NCBI GenBank assembly: GCA_050273025.1
Contig: CP158635.1
Span: 14,508,001-14,572,000, forward strand
DNA length: 64,000 nt
Direction: 5' to 3'
From: Cenococcum geophilum
Lineage: Eukaryota
Below are positions 11,809 through 23,180 of the stretch, one piece after another. The notes beneath the pieces were generated by a model. That model made no database searches. It was not told where the DNA came from and worked only from the letters and a program-made list of their open reading frames with translations. A program made the translations under genes and the position numbers. The first letter of the stretch is position 1. Each line of letters opens with the position of its first letter.

Positions 11809-13677
11809 TTGTATTACATAAGCGAGCTGGCCGTATAAGCGAGCTGGCTACCTTACTAAGACTTAACGGCCTCGCAAGCTAATAGTAACCCACTACTACT
11901 ATCTATTGCTATAATAATTTAATATTAGCTAGATAGACTAATCCTTAGCCTGTTTATATATTCTTAAATTATATCTAGTCTCCCTACAGCGTCCGCAGCG
12001 CCTTTACTACGACGCGTTCCCACTTTTACGCCGCTTACCCTCGCGCGTCTCCCCTTCTACCTACTTATTAACCTTAGCCTGAGCTATTAGATCTAGACCC
12101 TTTGCTACTATAAGAATATCTTACTTTTATAGGCGCTTTTTTTTACGCTTCTTGCGCTGTAATAGAGCTTTATTAGCCTTCTATAGGCTAGCTATCTATA
12201 CGCGCATTAGGGTGGCTTTATGCGCTATCCGCTTAGCACCCTTAGATAACTAGTCTAGCTATTCTACTATTAAGCTAGGTAAACTATTCTAGTAATTTTG
12301 AATTTAGCTATATAGTAGAGCTATCTAATTACCTAGCTTAGTAATATTACTAGGTGTTTTAGGTTCCTATAGGGCTACCTCCGTAGGTAGTATAGGTATT
12401 TAAAGCTTAATATTAAGCTTTAAGAGTACAGCCTTAGGATTAAATGGTACTAGGCCTATACCTCGAAATCCTACGCGTATATTATCCTTAGTAATTAATT
12501 GCTGGTAGGCTGCTTTAAATGCTAGTAAGAATTCGACCTTTTATAATGTAGAAGATATAGCTATAAATAAGGTTATTAACTTACTATCTATACGCGCGCT
12601 TAAGAGGCGCAAAGCAGCCTATATCTAGCGGCTGTAGTAGATGTAATGCGTATACTAGCATATAAAGCGTAAGAATATTCTTCTACTTGCAGAGCTGTTA
12701 AAATTCAAGAGATTAATAGCTCTTATAGCCGTTAATTACTAGTAGGCGATATATACCTACTATACGATGCTATATATGCTTATTAAAGTGCTCTAGCCAC
12801 TTAATACCTAGCTAATTAGTCGTCCAGCCATTCTCGCTTAGCGCGATAGCCTATTCTTATGGTATATTATGGAACTAAGTAGTATAGTGGTACTTTCCAG
12901 CAAATATAATAAATGGTGGAATTGGCCAGCCCTGCGCATTTACACCCTAAATTACTATAACCCATTCTTAATTGCCTGGCTATACAGCTTTAGGCTGGCT
13001 ACGTTACTTAAAGCCTATAATAACTTTAGCAGTTGCTATAACACCCATCTAAAATCTAGCTTTATTAAAATTGTATATGTCTTTATTAAGTATACTATGC
13101 TTTGCCTTAAAATTGCGTACTAGGTTAAACCAGGGCTCGATAATCCTAGGATCCTTATATAGAGCTCACTAATAGTCGTACTTTCAATTATATTGTAATT
13201 TTACCTTAGGCGTCCTCCCTATGTAGTTATATAGCTAGTTAATGCCAACTTTACTAGCAGAGCTAGCAGGGCGTGTAGCGAGTAGTTAATCAGCCATTTC
13301 TCTTACATAGATCAGCCTAGGCGCGAATCCTTGTAAATCTAGGTCTAGAATATGCCGGGTAATAGCCTCTTCTTCTAGCTTAGTAAGCTTCTTTGAATTG
13401 GCTTCGCAATTACGTCGTGAAGTTACACTAGCGTGTCAGGTTTGTAGAGTGCTTTGGGGCACGTTATAGGTTGCTGCAGCGTGTCGCACGCTCTGGAATT
13501 GATTCTTCTTTAAAGCTGAGATAGCTAGAACTAGTCTACCTTCTCTATAAACTGATTCAGGAACGTTGGGTTGAGGCATAGTGGTTGAAGGTTAACGCGT
13601 TGAGTTCTCTTGGCAAGGTGGCCAGCTCGCTTGTATGGCCAGCTCGCTTGTATGGCCAGCTCGCTTGTGTAATACGT
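11809..13677 (-). mobile_element. Fot1/Pot2-like pogo DNA transposon (about 1.87 kb), RIP-inactivated transposase
   Basis: TIRs (AC)GTATTACA(C/T)AAGCGAGCTGGCC contain 17-bp internal repeats; the right end is ACGT|TA. ATG at 13579 gives MPQPNVPESVYREGRLVLAISALKKNQFQSVRHAAATYNVPQSTL (HTH). An NF(DE)xGF-like DDE motif lies near 13050-13075 and an RRCGRC knuckle near 11985. Confidence 0.9.
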
Positions 13678-14482
13678 TACACCAAATATCATATAAGCTT
13701 CCTAGCCACGTCGCTGCTGTTTACCGCAATATTCAAGCGTCAAAGACGTCAATGAGGCGCCAGCACCCCTGCCGCCGAGCAACCGCATTGACCAGAGGCT
13801 TTAACACCAAGCTCTAGACGGTATAGAGCCTCTAGATTGGCTTATGAGGCGTGCATATACGAAAAGTGCAAGAAAACTTGCCATACGAAGGGATTTGGAT
13901 GTCCACCACCCACTCTTCGGGTGGGTGGTCAAGGCGCAGCTACGAAGGCCACAGATAGATAATAAAAGTACGTGCACCTTCGTTTGGTCGTGCAGCAGCT
14001 TGCGGGGTATGCAGGGGTGGAGGAGTATTGGTAAACATTGCATTTGTATGGCGTTTACTAGTAAAATATGTGCCCGAGTAGTACCTTGGCTACCCTTACC
14101 GCCTGCTAGGCCGCCGCTGATTAAAAGATTCGGGCAGTAAAGTTACTGCCAAGAGTTACTGCCCGGATCCTGTCCGTTGAATTAGACTCTCTACTTATCG
14201 TCCTTATTGACCTCTCTATCCTTATCGCCGTTGTCAGTATCGTCGCCTTAATTAAGAATCGCCTTAATAGCGGCGAACTGCACCTCTAATGCCCTCTCCT
14301 TACGCTCACGTTATGTCGGTGACGTTCGCATTTTAGTATTTTTAGGTGCCTTTATTAAGGCGTGACACCGAATATATTACTTACCGTTTAGCTTAAACTC
14401 CACTTTCCTTAACGCGTTAGTTTCGCTCGGGTTAATTTCTTTAGAAGTAATAAGGATATTATCCAAGGCAGGTGTGCGGCTA

Positions 14483-14709
14483 ACGTGTTCCACCACTCAT
14501 CCGGCCACCCCAGTCATCCGGCCACCCCACCAGCACCAAGACACGTCTTCGTACAGTTATTCCACTACACGCCAATAAGTAGTCTACCCTCTTTCTGGGG
14601 TGATTTAGAGTTCTGAATTGATGACATTATTGTTTTGGTACGAAGACACGTCTTGGTGCTAGTAGAGTGGCCGGATAACTGGGGTGGCCGGATAAGTGGT
14701 GGAGCACGT
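14483..14709. mobile_element. pogo/Fot1-type MITE, 227 bp
   Basis: About 70-bp imperfect TIRs ACGTGTTCCACCACTCATCCGGCCACCCCAGT... and ...GTGGCCGGATAAGTGGTGGAGCACGT, with TA on both sides (14481-82, 14710-11). Confidence 0.9.
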
Positions 14710-14990
14710 TAGGAAGAATCGTTCTATATTAATCAGCGAGGAACAACACTAAAAGGGTAAGTGGGGAGGGGAGGTAAAAAGGGCGATGGCTAGGATGGAG
14801 GGGCTAATGTATGACTAAAAGTTCCAGATTTGGTGGCTGATACAAGCTATTAAGAACGCTAAGCCATTCCGCAAGCCCCCGATTGGCTAATCCTATCCTG
14901 GAGCTCCATATTGGCTCCAGTCCAAAAAGATCACTGGTGGTAATGGAAACAAGGGGTAGGTGACCGAGTCAATGACTGAGTCAATGGGTA

Positions 14991-15239
14991 CAGGGTATCC
15001 GACCTCCGGTGTCCCCCCCTGTGTGCGCGCGCAACACGCACAGCAATTTCGGTAATCACTAGTCAAGTGCACCATCTAGCGTAGATACTGTGCGCTTGCC
15101 AAAAGAACTGTGCACCCGCAAGAGGGGTAAAGCCTTCAATTTTTAAGCTTAATCACAAGAGTTAAACTTGAAATTCTCTAGCGCATACGAAGCGAAATTG
15201 TTGCGCGCGCACACGGGACACCGGAGGTCGGATACCCTG
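14991..15239. mobile_element. Tc1/mariner-type MITE, 249 bp
   Basis: TIRs CAGGGTATCCGACCTCCGGTGTCCC...GTGTGCGCGCGCAACA and the reverse complement; TA TSD (14989-90, 15240-41). Confidence 0.9.
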
Positions 15240-15274
15240 TAGGTAGCTGAGTCGGGGTGACAAGACAAACTGAT

Positions 15275-16530
15275 TCAGGTCGACAGGACCTCAGTACTTG
15301 AATCAACCAAATCAGATGTCGAGTTGTCAGGCAAAGCCTTGGCGGAAAAGTCTTGTAATTGAAGGAAGTTTTGGTTCGTGGAAAACGAGCGTCTGAAAAT
15401 TTTGGACCTCGTGCTCTTCGGGCCCTGGGATGGAGAGCTATGATTCGTTTGTGAATGGTCTGGAGTTCGGGAATTCCGGAATAACGGGCGGAAGGTCGGG
15501 AGGCAGGCAGAGACAATGCCAAGGCAGGCCTCGGCAGCCGACCATATCGTAGGAAGTGTCAAATCCCCTATTTTGTAGCGTCAATATCTTTCTATAGGTA
15601 CGCATCAAAGAATGACTCACAAGTGAGGTCAATGCCATGAATTTGGAAAAGAGAACACCATCTAGCCAGACTAATAGCACAAGTTCTGTTGTGGTAAGTC
15701 TAACGCTCCTGATTTGCGTTCAGGAGTACTCACAAAGAACCAAGGAGGAAGACGCCGGTCAGCTGAAGCTTCTGTTGAATTGATGATTGCAGATACCACA
15801 CAGCATGTAAAGGTAGAAAGAGGATTATAAAGTCAGTTATAACGTTGAGTCCAGAGCCGATGATATAAAACACTGTTGCATTAATGCAAGAGCCTTCGCC
15901 ACTCTTATCCCAGGTATATTTCAGTGGCCGGCACGTCAGGGACACAACGAAGACAACCATTATACCCCAGAGGACTGAGAACACTCCGAGAATATATGCA
16001 GTGTATCGGAAATAGCTCAAGACCCCGAAGATACGGATATAGAGTAGGAGGATAGATATCTTGATAATCGGTATGGCCACTGCCCAAAGAAGCTGGGAGG
16101 CAAAGAATGTCTTGGACCCTCTTCGATTAGGGATAAATCGTAACGGGAGTGAAGCTATCTTACCTGTGCTTCACGGATAAGGTCTGCAGAGCTTAGGGTG
16201 TCGATGTGTCTTCCAAGCCCGTATGTCGAAGCTGGTAATTCGGAATTCAGTCATCAAACATACATGTGAGAACCCTTTAACACTTAACATACCCACAATA
16301 TTGCAAGCGCATATTGACCATGAGAACGGCTGTCGAATGTCAAAATTAAGGTGAATAACTGGGAGTGATTCCATGATACTGACTAGAGCTGCAATAATGG
16401 TCATGTCGTCAGACTTGAGTGGCAAATTCCTTATTCTTCTAGCCAAAACTCGAAGAATGACAGCAATTCCAGCCAAAATGCCAACCAGAACATTCACCGA
16501 CACAATAGTCGGCTGCTGATTGTCCATCAT
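15275..16530 (-). CDS. Pth11-like (fungal rhodopsin-domain) integral membrane protein, 6 exons, about 328 aa, intact
   Basis: Exons 16530-16384, 16329-16293, 16231-16164, 16110-15734, 15685-15621 and 15567-15275 join in frame (987 nt) across GT-AG introns of 48-61 nt. Family motifs: LRxxxR...DD, YGLGRH, IKISILLLYIRIF, CRPLKYTWD...C, NVITDFIILFLP, WSAAEACLGIVSACLPTFRPLF. No CFEM domain. Confidence 0.9.
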
Positions 16531-17104
16531 ATTCTCTAGAGATTGAGATTCTGCCGTCGACGGATAATAGGTAACCGAAAGAGCGAAATATTTGTCAAAA
16601 AGAGCAGAGAAGGAGGTTTGATATCGAAAGAAAGTGAATCCGCTTTGTTAACCTATTCTCTATTAGGATCGCAGGTCCGAGCGCTGTCCCTGTCTCCATT
16701 GGCTGAGATACGATAGTGGCGTACACCCTTCGCCACACCGCTTTACCATTAAGGTTACCGGTTCCTAACCCTACCGAGCGGGGTCGGTTAAGTCTGTGCG
16801 TGCAGCGCATATTTAGCGAGTCGCACTTCTAAATTCAACACTATAGCTCCTTCAACACCCCCTCGATCTCACCTTCCTAACTAGGAAGTCCTTACGAAGG
16901 TCGCGGTTAAAAGTTATGAGAATACAGGGCCTTTAGCGTATCACATCCTGTAATTTGGCCCTGTAGTCTGCAAGGGTCCCTGTAAGTCCCCTATCCCTTC
17001 GGGTACGATTATTATGGCACTGGTTTGGTATGGCACCTATGGCATCAATCGGAGTAACTTGGGCCGATTAATCTCGCTTTCTCACGTAGCGCTTTAAGCG
17101 AGCC

Positions 17105-17902
17105 CAGTGTGGCCAAAAATAACGCGTTTTAAAACGATTACGATTACGATATCGTAAATTACGATAAAATATCTAATAAAACCCAATATCGATTTTTTTT
17201 GCCACTGCTATACCCCTACTCGCGCACCCCTAATTACTGCGCGTACACCCCCCCTAAACAGGCTCAGATTCTTTCTCTTTAGGTTAAAATATTACGTATA
17301 TCTAACTATCGCGCGCCTATACCTAAATTAACACCTCGTATTTATATACCTTTCCCTATATCTACTACCTACCTCTATTAAAGCTATACGATTGCGTAAA
17401 TTTTGCCCTTAATAATATTAATAAGTTCGCGAAAGGACAGGGCTATACGGTATTAAAATTCCGCTTAAAAACTAACGCTGTGGGCGTAGGCGCGGGCGTA
17501 CCTATAGAGGCAGCTCGTAGATAATAAGTAGAGGTATAGTAGGCAAATTAGTTTATATACTACCTTATAAGTTACCGCGCAATCTAATCGATTAACTTTG
17601 GAGTATAGAGGTAGTATTATAAGTGGTATTACAGGTGGGCGGAAATGGTAGTGGAAGTCGAGATGCCTCTGCGGATAGCTTGCTAAGTATTGGCGATTTT
17701 ATAGGCTTACAGCGGTCGTGGGGCCTTGCCCTTTTTGCACAACTTTACTAAGGTCCTTTAGTGCATTGTGGTATACGCGTAGTAATTATAAGTGACCAAT
17801 ATATAAAGTAAGAAAAACTGATATTTATTATATATATTGGATAAATCTAGTATTTAATATCGATTTATTTCAATTCGCTTATTATAATTTTTGGCTATAC
17901 TA
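17105..17902. mobile_element. hAT-type non-autonomous element (MITE), 798 bp
   Basis: TIR CAGTGTGGCCAAAAAT and its RIPed complement ATTTTTGGCTATACTA. 8-bp TSD AGCGAGCC (17097-17104, 17903-17910). Subterminal ACGAT repeats. Confidence 0.85.
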
Positions 17903-18895
17903 AGCGAGCCAATTATACGGGTGTACGTGCACTTAGAGCTTAATTACTCTGTATTTACGTCGTTTACTATAACCGCTTTACCTTAGCAAGCTTAGACTAT
18001 AGAATTAATTAGTGGATATCGCTAACCTTTTTTATTAAAAAGTTAATTCTATAGTATAAGAGACTTTTATAAGATTTATTAAGCGGTTTAACTTGTTTTA
18101 TATCTAGAGCAGTTACCTTCTTTAACGAAATTAATCTATACTCTTATAACAGCTATTATCTTAAAAATACCGTTAAATTGATCCGTAGAAGTGGCTCTAT
18201 AATTAATCAATATATCTACCCCATTAGCCCCTATAATGTTAAGCAGAAAGCGCCGCCAAATAGATAATATATTAATAATTAAATCGCTCACTCCTACTAT
18301 AAATATCATACTAGTTAACCATTAGACGCCTATTTAAATGCTAGCTAGAGTATTTATTAAGCGGATATTACTGTAACGGGACTAGCCCAGTTATAGTACA
18401 GTCCCTCGTCAAAAGTGTCCGTGCTAAGGTCACGCCGAAAATGACACTTTTTGCTAAAATGCTATATAAAGGTCATATAATTAATTCTAAAGCTTAAAAA
18501 AAAATCTACTTATAGATATATAATCTAGTAATCGCGATACTTTTTTAGTATTTAAAATCTATAGTCCTTTATTAAAAGTCTCTAGGTTTTACCAACTTCC
18601 TACTAAAACTTACTATATTTGGCATACATTTTCTATTACTAGATATTAAAAATATCTCTTAAAAATCTAATATCTTATAGGGATTTGCTTTTATTAAAAC
18701 TTTCTCTACTTAAAATTTTATTTAAAAAGTATAAAATATTATTATAAGGTTATAAACTTAAGGAGTAAAAAAATGCAACTCCCTATACAAATTTTAAAAA
18801 AATAAGGGTTTAGAGGGTTATAATAATCTTTTTACACTTTTAAAATAAAAAATTAAATAAAAAAAGTTATAGTAAAAGTAAATATCTATAAGATA

Positions 18896-21800
18896 GGCTT
18901 TGTTGACAATATAAACCCAATTATATATGGGCTAACAGCCGCAGAGAATTATAGAACACTAGAGAAAGCTTATAATACCTATATAAAATAGGCAAGATGA
19001 TATAGAGTCCAATTCTCACCAGAGAAATACTAGCTAATCCATTTTATAAGAAAACGCAACCAATCTACAGATCTTTAGCATATAATTTATATTTAAGGCT
19101 TTAGGGGTTAACTAGTTTAAGGCCTAAGAGTATTAGGAGTATAGGTAGATAGTAAGCTTTAATAGAGCGCACATGCGGTATAAGCGGCCCGTAAAGGCTA
19201 AGCACAATATATCGCATTATTTAGGATTGTTAACCCTATATAGGGTCCATGCTTTTAGAGGTTACGCCTACTATATATAGTAGTCGTCCGGCTAACCATA
19301 ACGTATAGGTCCAGTATTTGGGCCATTAAAGAATCTGAGAAAGGCCCCCCTAAATCGCTTCTTAAACCACTCTAAAAGGTCTAAATAGCCTACCTCTAGA
19401 GCATAATAGGCGGATATAAGCAAACGGCCACAGTACTGCTTAAGAAGGAAGCTAATATTCCCCCCCTATAACTATATATTAAAGCCGCTGCAATATAAAG
19501 GGCGCAAAAGAAACGTAACTTTAATGTTATAAAGTATATTAAAATACGCCTAAATAAACTATAGAAGGACTTTAAGGCGCCTTATAGGAGAATAAACTAA
19601 TAACCCTAAAGTAGGGAAGATATATTAGAGAAACAGGTAAAGAAAGTAGAAGAAGAATAGTGCTGCTTTAGGGCCCAGGCCTATATAGAGGAGGAAGGAA
19701 GACGCGTAAGAGGCTAGTAAAGATAATAGTAAGAGAGAAAAAGGAGCTAAAGTAGAGTATAAAAGAATGCTAGGAAACTATCTACCGTAATATAATACTG
19801 GCTAGACTAACGCTAGAGAGGTGTATAGGAGTTAAAGGTATAGAGGCTAACTAAGGCAAGAGGAACCTAAGCTATAGTATAGTTAACACTATAGGGGGTA
19901 AACACTCTAGGGCTCTAAGAAGGCCTAATAAAGGCAGAAAATATAATAGTAATACTTTTAAGAATAGGAATAATAGGACTAAAAGACTGGCTCTACTAGG
20001 TGGGTATTCTAGTAGGTAGCTTAAGATGCGAATATAGCTAGCTAAGATAGATACTAAAATATATAATACTATTATGCCCCTTATACACTAACTGTTACGG
20101 AAGTAGGCACGAGCTGGAATACAATATACTAAATAGGGTAGTAATTAAAGAAGGCTACGTACGTGTAACTATACGTAGTTAATACAAAGACATTTAGATA
20201 AAGAAGAAGATTCTTTATATGCTAGGTTGGGTATAAATAGGGGTTATAGGGGAACGTGCGTAGGTGTTTCGGGATAAACGTAAGCATGGGTTAAGAATGT
20301 CAAAACGCGTAGGGACGTAAGAGCGTGTGAGTTCCGTAACAGTACCCCCCCCTTACTTCTGAGCTCCTGCGAGGCGTGTTATATTATATATACTAGAAAA
20401 AAACCTAATATAGGAAAAAAAAAAAATTTTATTAGCTTTCTCTGCCCTTCTACGTCCTCCGTTACACAGGCTCCTTTAGTTTGGTCCTTCTATGTTTAAT
20501 TATTAGGCCACTAACTTGTTAGGCCTAAAGCATAGCCTAGCTTCCGTCGCCAGCTACACTCCTATCCTAGCCGCTTAAAGACGCATTGCTAAAGCTTATA
20601 TAGTCCCTTTCTTGCTTCTAGCAGCTCTACGGCCTTCCCTTCCTATACTCCAGGTCCCCCTAAAAAATTACCCTAATTTTTGGTCTAAAATAGGCGTTTT
20701 AGGCAGTATTTATCGGCCTAAACGGCAGTATAGTACGGTGTTCATGGTCGTGGCAAGGCATATTCTTAGCAGGTTCTTGTCGATGCGGTGCAGTATTCGT
20801 ATCGTAGGTAGGTTCTTATCAGTAGCAGTATGGTGCTAGCGTCAGGTTTAGGTTCCGTAGGCATATCGGCACGGGATCTTATCAGATTCGGGTAGCAGTA
20901 TGGTGCTAGCGACGTGTTCGGGTTCCGTAGGCGAATCGGCACGGAGCTTATCAGTTTATGTGGTAGCAGTACGGTGCCAGCGACGGGGTCGTCTTGTAGG
21001 CATATCGGCACGAGGCTTGTCGGTTCGGGTAGGTAGCAGTATGATGCTAGCGATGGGTTCGGGGGTCTAGGGAGCGAGGCTCTACCTAGTCGTGTTCGGG
21101 TCAGGTCGTAGGCTTATCGGCACAACGGGTTATTGGGTTCGTTTCGTAGGCATAGCGGCGCGAGGTCTTGTCGGTACGTAGGGCAGTGCGTGTAGGTCGG
21201 TAGGATAGTAGTAAGATACCAGCTTCCGTGTTCGTGTTTGTGTTTGTATAGCAGTAGGATGCAAGCCATCAGGTCAAACCGAGGGGCAGTAACATGCCTG
21301 TTTATAAGCGGTAGCAGTAGGGTGCAAGCCATTAAGGTCACAGGCGTATTAGCGCGGTATTTTATTATTAGGTCCGTATGCAAATCGGCGCGGAGACTTA
21401 TTATACCAGTTTAGAACCCTAGCGTCCTAGTCTACCCGTAGCTAGTAGCTCCTATATCTACCCCATAGGCGTAGAAAGGCATGCTCCGCGACTAGTAGCC
21501 TATAGGCCCGCTAGGTACGTTAAAAAGGGATCCAAATATAGTGTTACGGAAGTAGGCACGAGCTGGAATACAATGTACTAAACAGGGTAGTAATTAAAGA
21601 AGGCTACGTACGCGTAACTATGCGTGGTTAATACAAAGACATTTGGATAAAGAAGAAGATTCTTTATGTGCCAGGTTAGGTATAAATAGGGGTTGTAGGG
21701 GAACGTGCGTAGGTGTCTCGGGACGAACGTGAGCACGGGTTAAGAACGTCAAAACGCGCAGGGATGTAAGAGCGTGTAAGTCCCGTGATACTAACCAAGG

Positions 21801-22235
21801 AGTAATACTTTTAGTAGCTAGCATAGAGAACTATAAGACACTGCTCTTAATATAAAAAGGCCTTAAGGCGGTTACCTAGTAGCTTATTAGCCAAAATATA
21901 CTAAACCAGTTCTAGGTTATAAAGGAAATAGTAATAAAGGACGGGGGTGAGTAACGGGCGCCCCCTAATAACTCTATAGTAGTAGAGTAAAGTTTATAAT
22001 ACTAGCGCGTCCGTAGGCTTATTACGGCAGTAGTGGTTCCTAAGAAGGTTAAAAAGTAAGGTAGTAAGAGTACTATAGGTGACTCGTAGGCGCCTTATAG
22101 GCGAGTTCTAAAAGGCAGAGAGATAGATTACGGGGTTTTCTTAAATAGAGTTTTCTCCCTATATATATATAAGTAGTAGTCCGCGTAGGCCTAATAGGGA
22201 TCTAAATTAGACGTTAAGTAATGAATTATTATTAT
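18896..22235 (+). mobile_element. 5'-truncated LINE family L1 copy (starts at the RT F-V-D-D motif), interrupted by a mini-LTR element
   Basis: Reverse-complement match to about 43185-44820. Begins GFVD(D), has a CCHC-like motif near 20025-20080 and an (ATT)n tail. Flanking direct repeat TAAATATCTATAAGATA (18879-18895, 22236-22252). Confidence 0.9.
20093..21790 (-). mobile_element. Non-autonomous mini-LTR retrotransposon (large TRIM), 1698 bp
   Basis: Two 249-bp LTRs (20093-20341, 21542-21790) differ by transitions. TSD CTAAC (20088-92, 21791-95). Reverse-complement PPT at 20342. The interior is non-coding with about 70-bp tandem repeats. Confidence 0.93.
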
Positions 22236-23180
22236 TAAATATCTATAAGATATTAAATTTTTTAAAAAATATATATTATAGATTATAGATTTTAGTAAAG
22301 AATTAATAGGATTTCTAAAGAAGTTATAGGTTTTAAATTTAAAAAAAGGGTATAATAGCTAGATTTTATATGTAATATAAACTCAAATTTTTTTTTATAG
22401 CTTTAGAATTAATTATATGGTTATTATATAGCAATTTAGCAAGGAGGGTTGTCTGAAAAATGCGCTCGCACGGAGACTTTTGACGAGGGACTGTAGGAAT
22501 GTCTCGGTGAAACACTCGATAAATAAATTCCGACGCTTTGACCGAATTCTGCCGAATTCTATTAGCTTGATTGACTTCTGCTAAGTTCTGCCAGATTAAA
22601 CGAATTCTACTAAAGTCTGTCGAAGACCGCGTGCGTATATGCGTACGTATCGACCACCAAGACCCCTAACTATTTAATTATATAATTCTCTCGTTATTCC
22701 TTTCTCTTCTTTACGCAACGTCTTGTTCTCAGCAAGAGCTATATACCTTAGATTTAGATAGGATTTATATTATTCCTTTAAATCTTCCCTAAAGTCTCTT
22801 CGCGCCCTTATAATTACGCCTAGTAATAAAGAAAGAAAAGGTTAAAGTTATTATAGAGCATTTATAGGGCTAGGGGTGGTCCTTTAGTAACCTTTCTTTA
22901 GCGTAGCTATAGTATAGTATTAGTAAAAGACAATACTTAAAAAAGAAGGTAAAGAAGCTTATTATTACCCTTTTAGGGGATAAAGAAACTTATAATGTAA
23001 TTAAGGAGGCTGCGGATATTTATTTAGAACTAGTTAATACGGTTATAAATATCCTTTATAAGGAGCTTTGTAATCTTTAGTAAAAAACGGTTATTTTTAG
23101 CCTATAGAAGTTAGATCTTAAGTTTAATAATATTTAATTCTTATAGGGCTATAAAGTAATTAGCTAATATACCCCTTTGC

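Larger units (their letters stand above)
8490..14431 (-). mobile_element. piggyBac DNA transposon, RIP-inactivated, with nested TRIM and Fot1 insertions
   Basis: The minus strand gives the three piggyBac catalytic regions: SF(D)(E)(M)(M)VRFT(G)(R)S (about 10220-10250), FLDNYF (about 9975-9990) and DYNN(Q)(M)GGV(D)IH(D)(Q)L(R)SYY...(W)IPLLF(W)AL(D)TAIINAYI (9470-9612). A Cys-rich tail lies at about 9030-9070. The right end is ...CTCGGG followed by TTAA (14429-14435). The left end is only approximate. Confidence 0.85.
18399..22493. mobile_element. Tc1/mariner-type MITE (about 740 bp when empty) carrying a nested LINE and mini-LTR element
   Basis: TIRs CAGTCCCTCGTCAAAAGT(G/C)TCCGTGC, with imperfect inverted similarity extending about 150 bp inward; TA TSD (18397-98, 22494-95). 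Confidence 0.92.
18372..22812 (+). mobile_element. Solo LTR (same family as 48990-49292) split by a MITE insertion
   Basis: Starts TGTAACGGGACTAG (18372) and ends GCCCTTATA (22812); TSD ATTAC (18367-71, 22813-17). The uninterrupted copy at 48990 has a single TA at the MITE site. Confidence 0.92.

Noticed and set aside
20815..21060. Regularly spaced repeats resembling a CRISPR array
   Set aside because: Eukaryotic context, the spacers are themselves similar to each other, there are no cas genes, and the array lies inside an LTR element.
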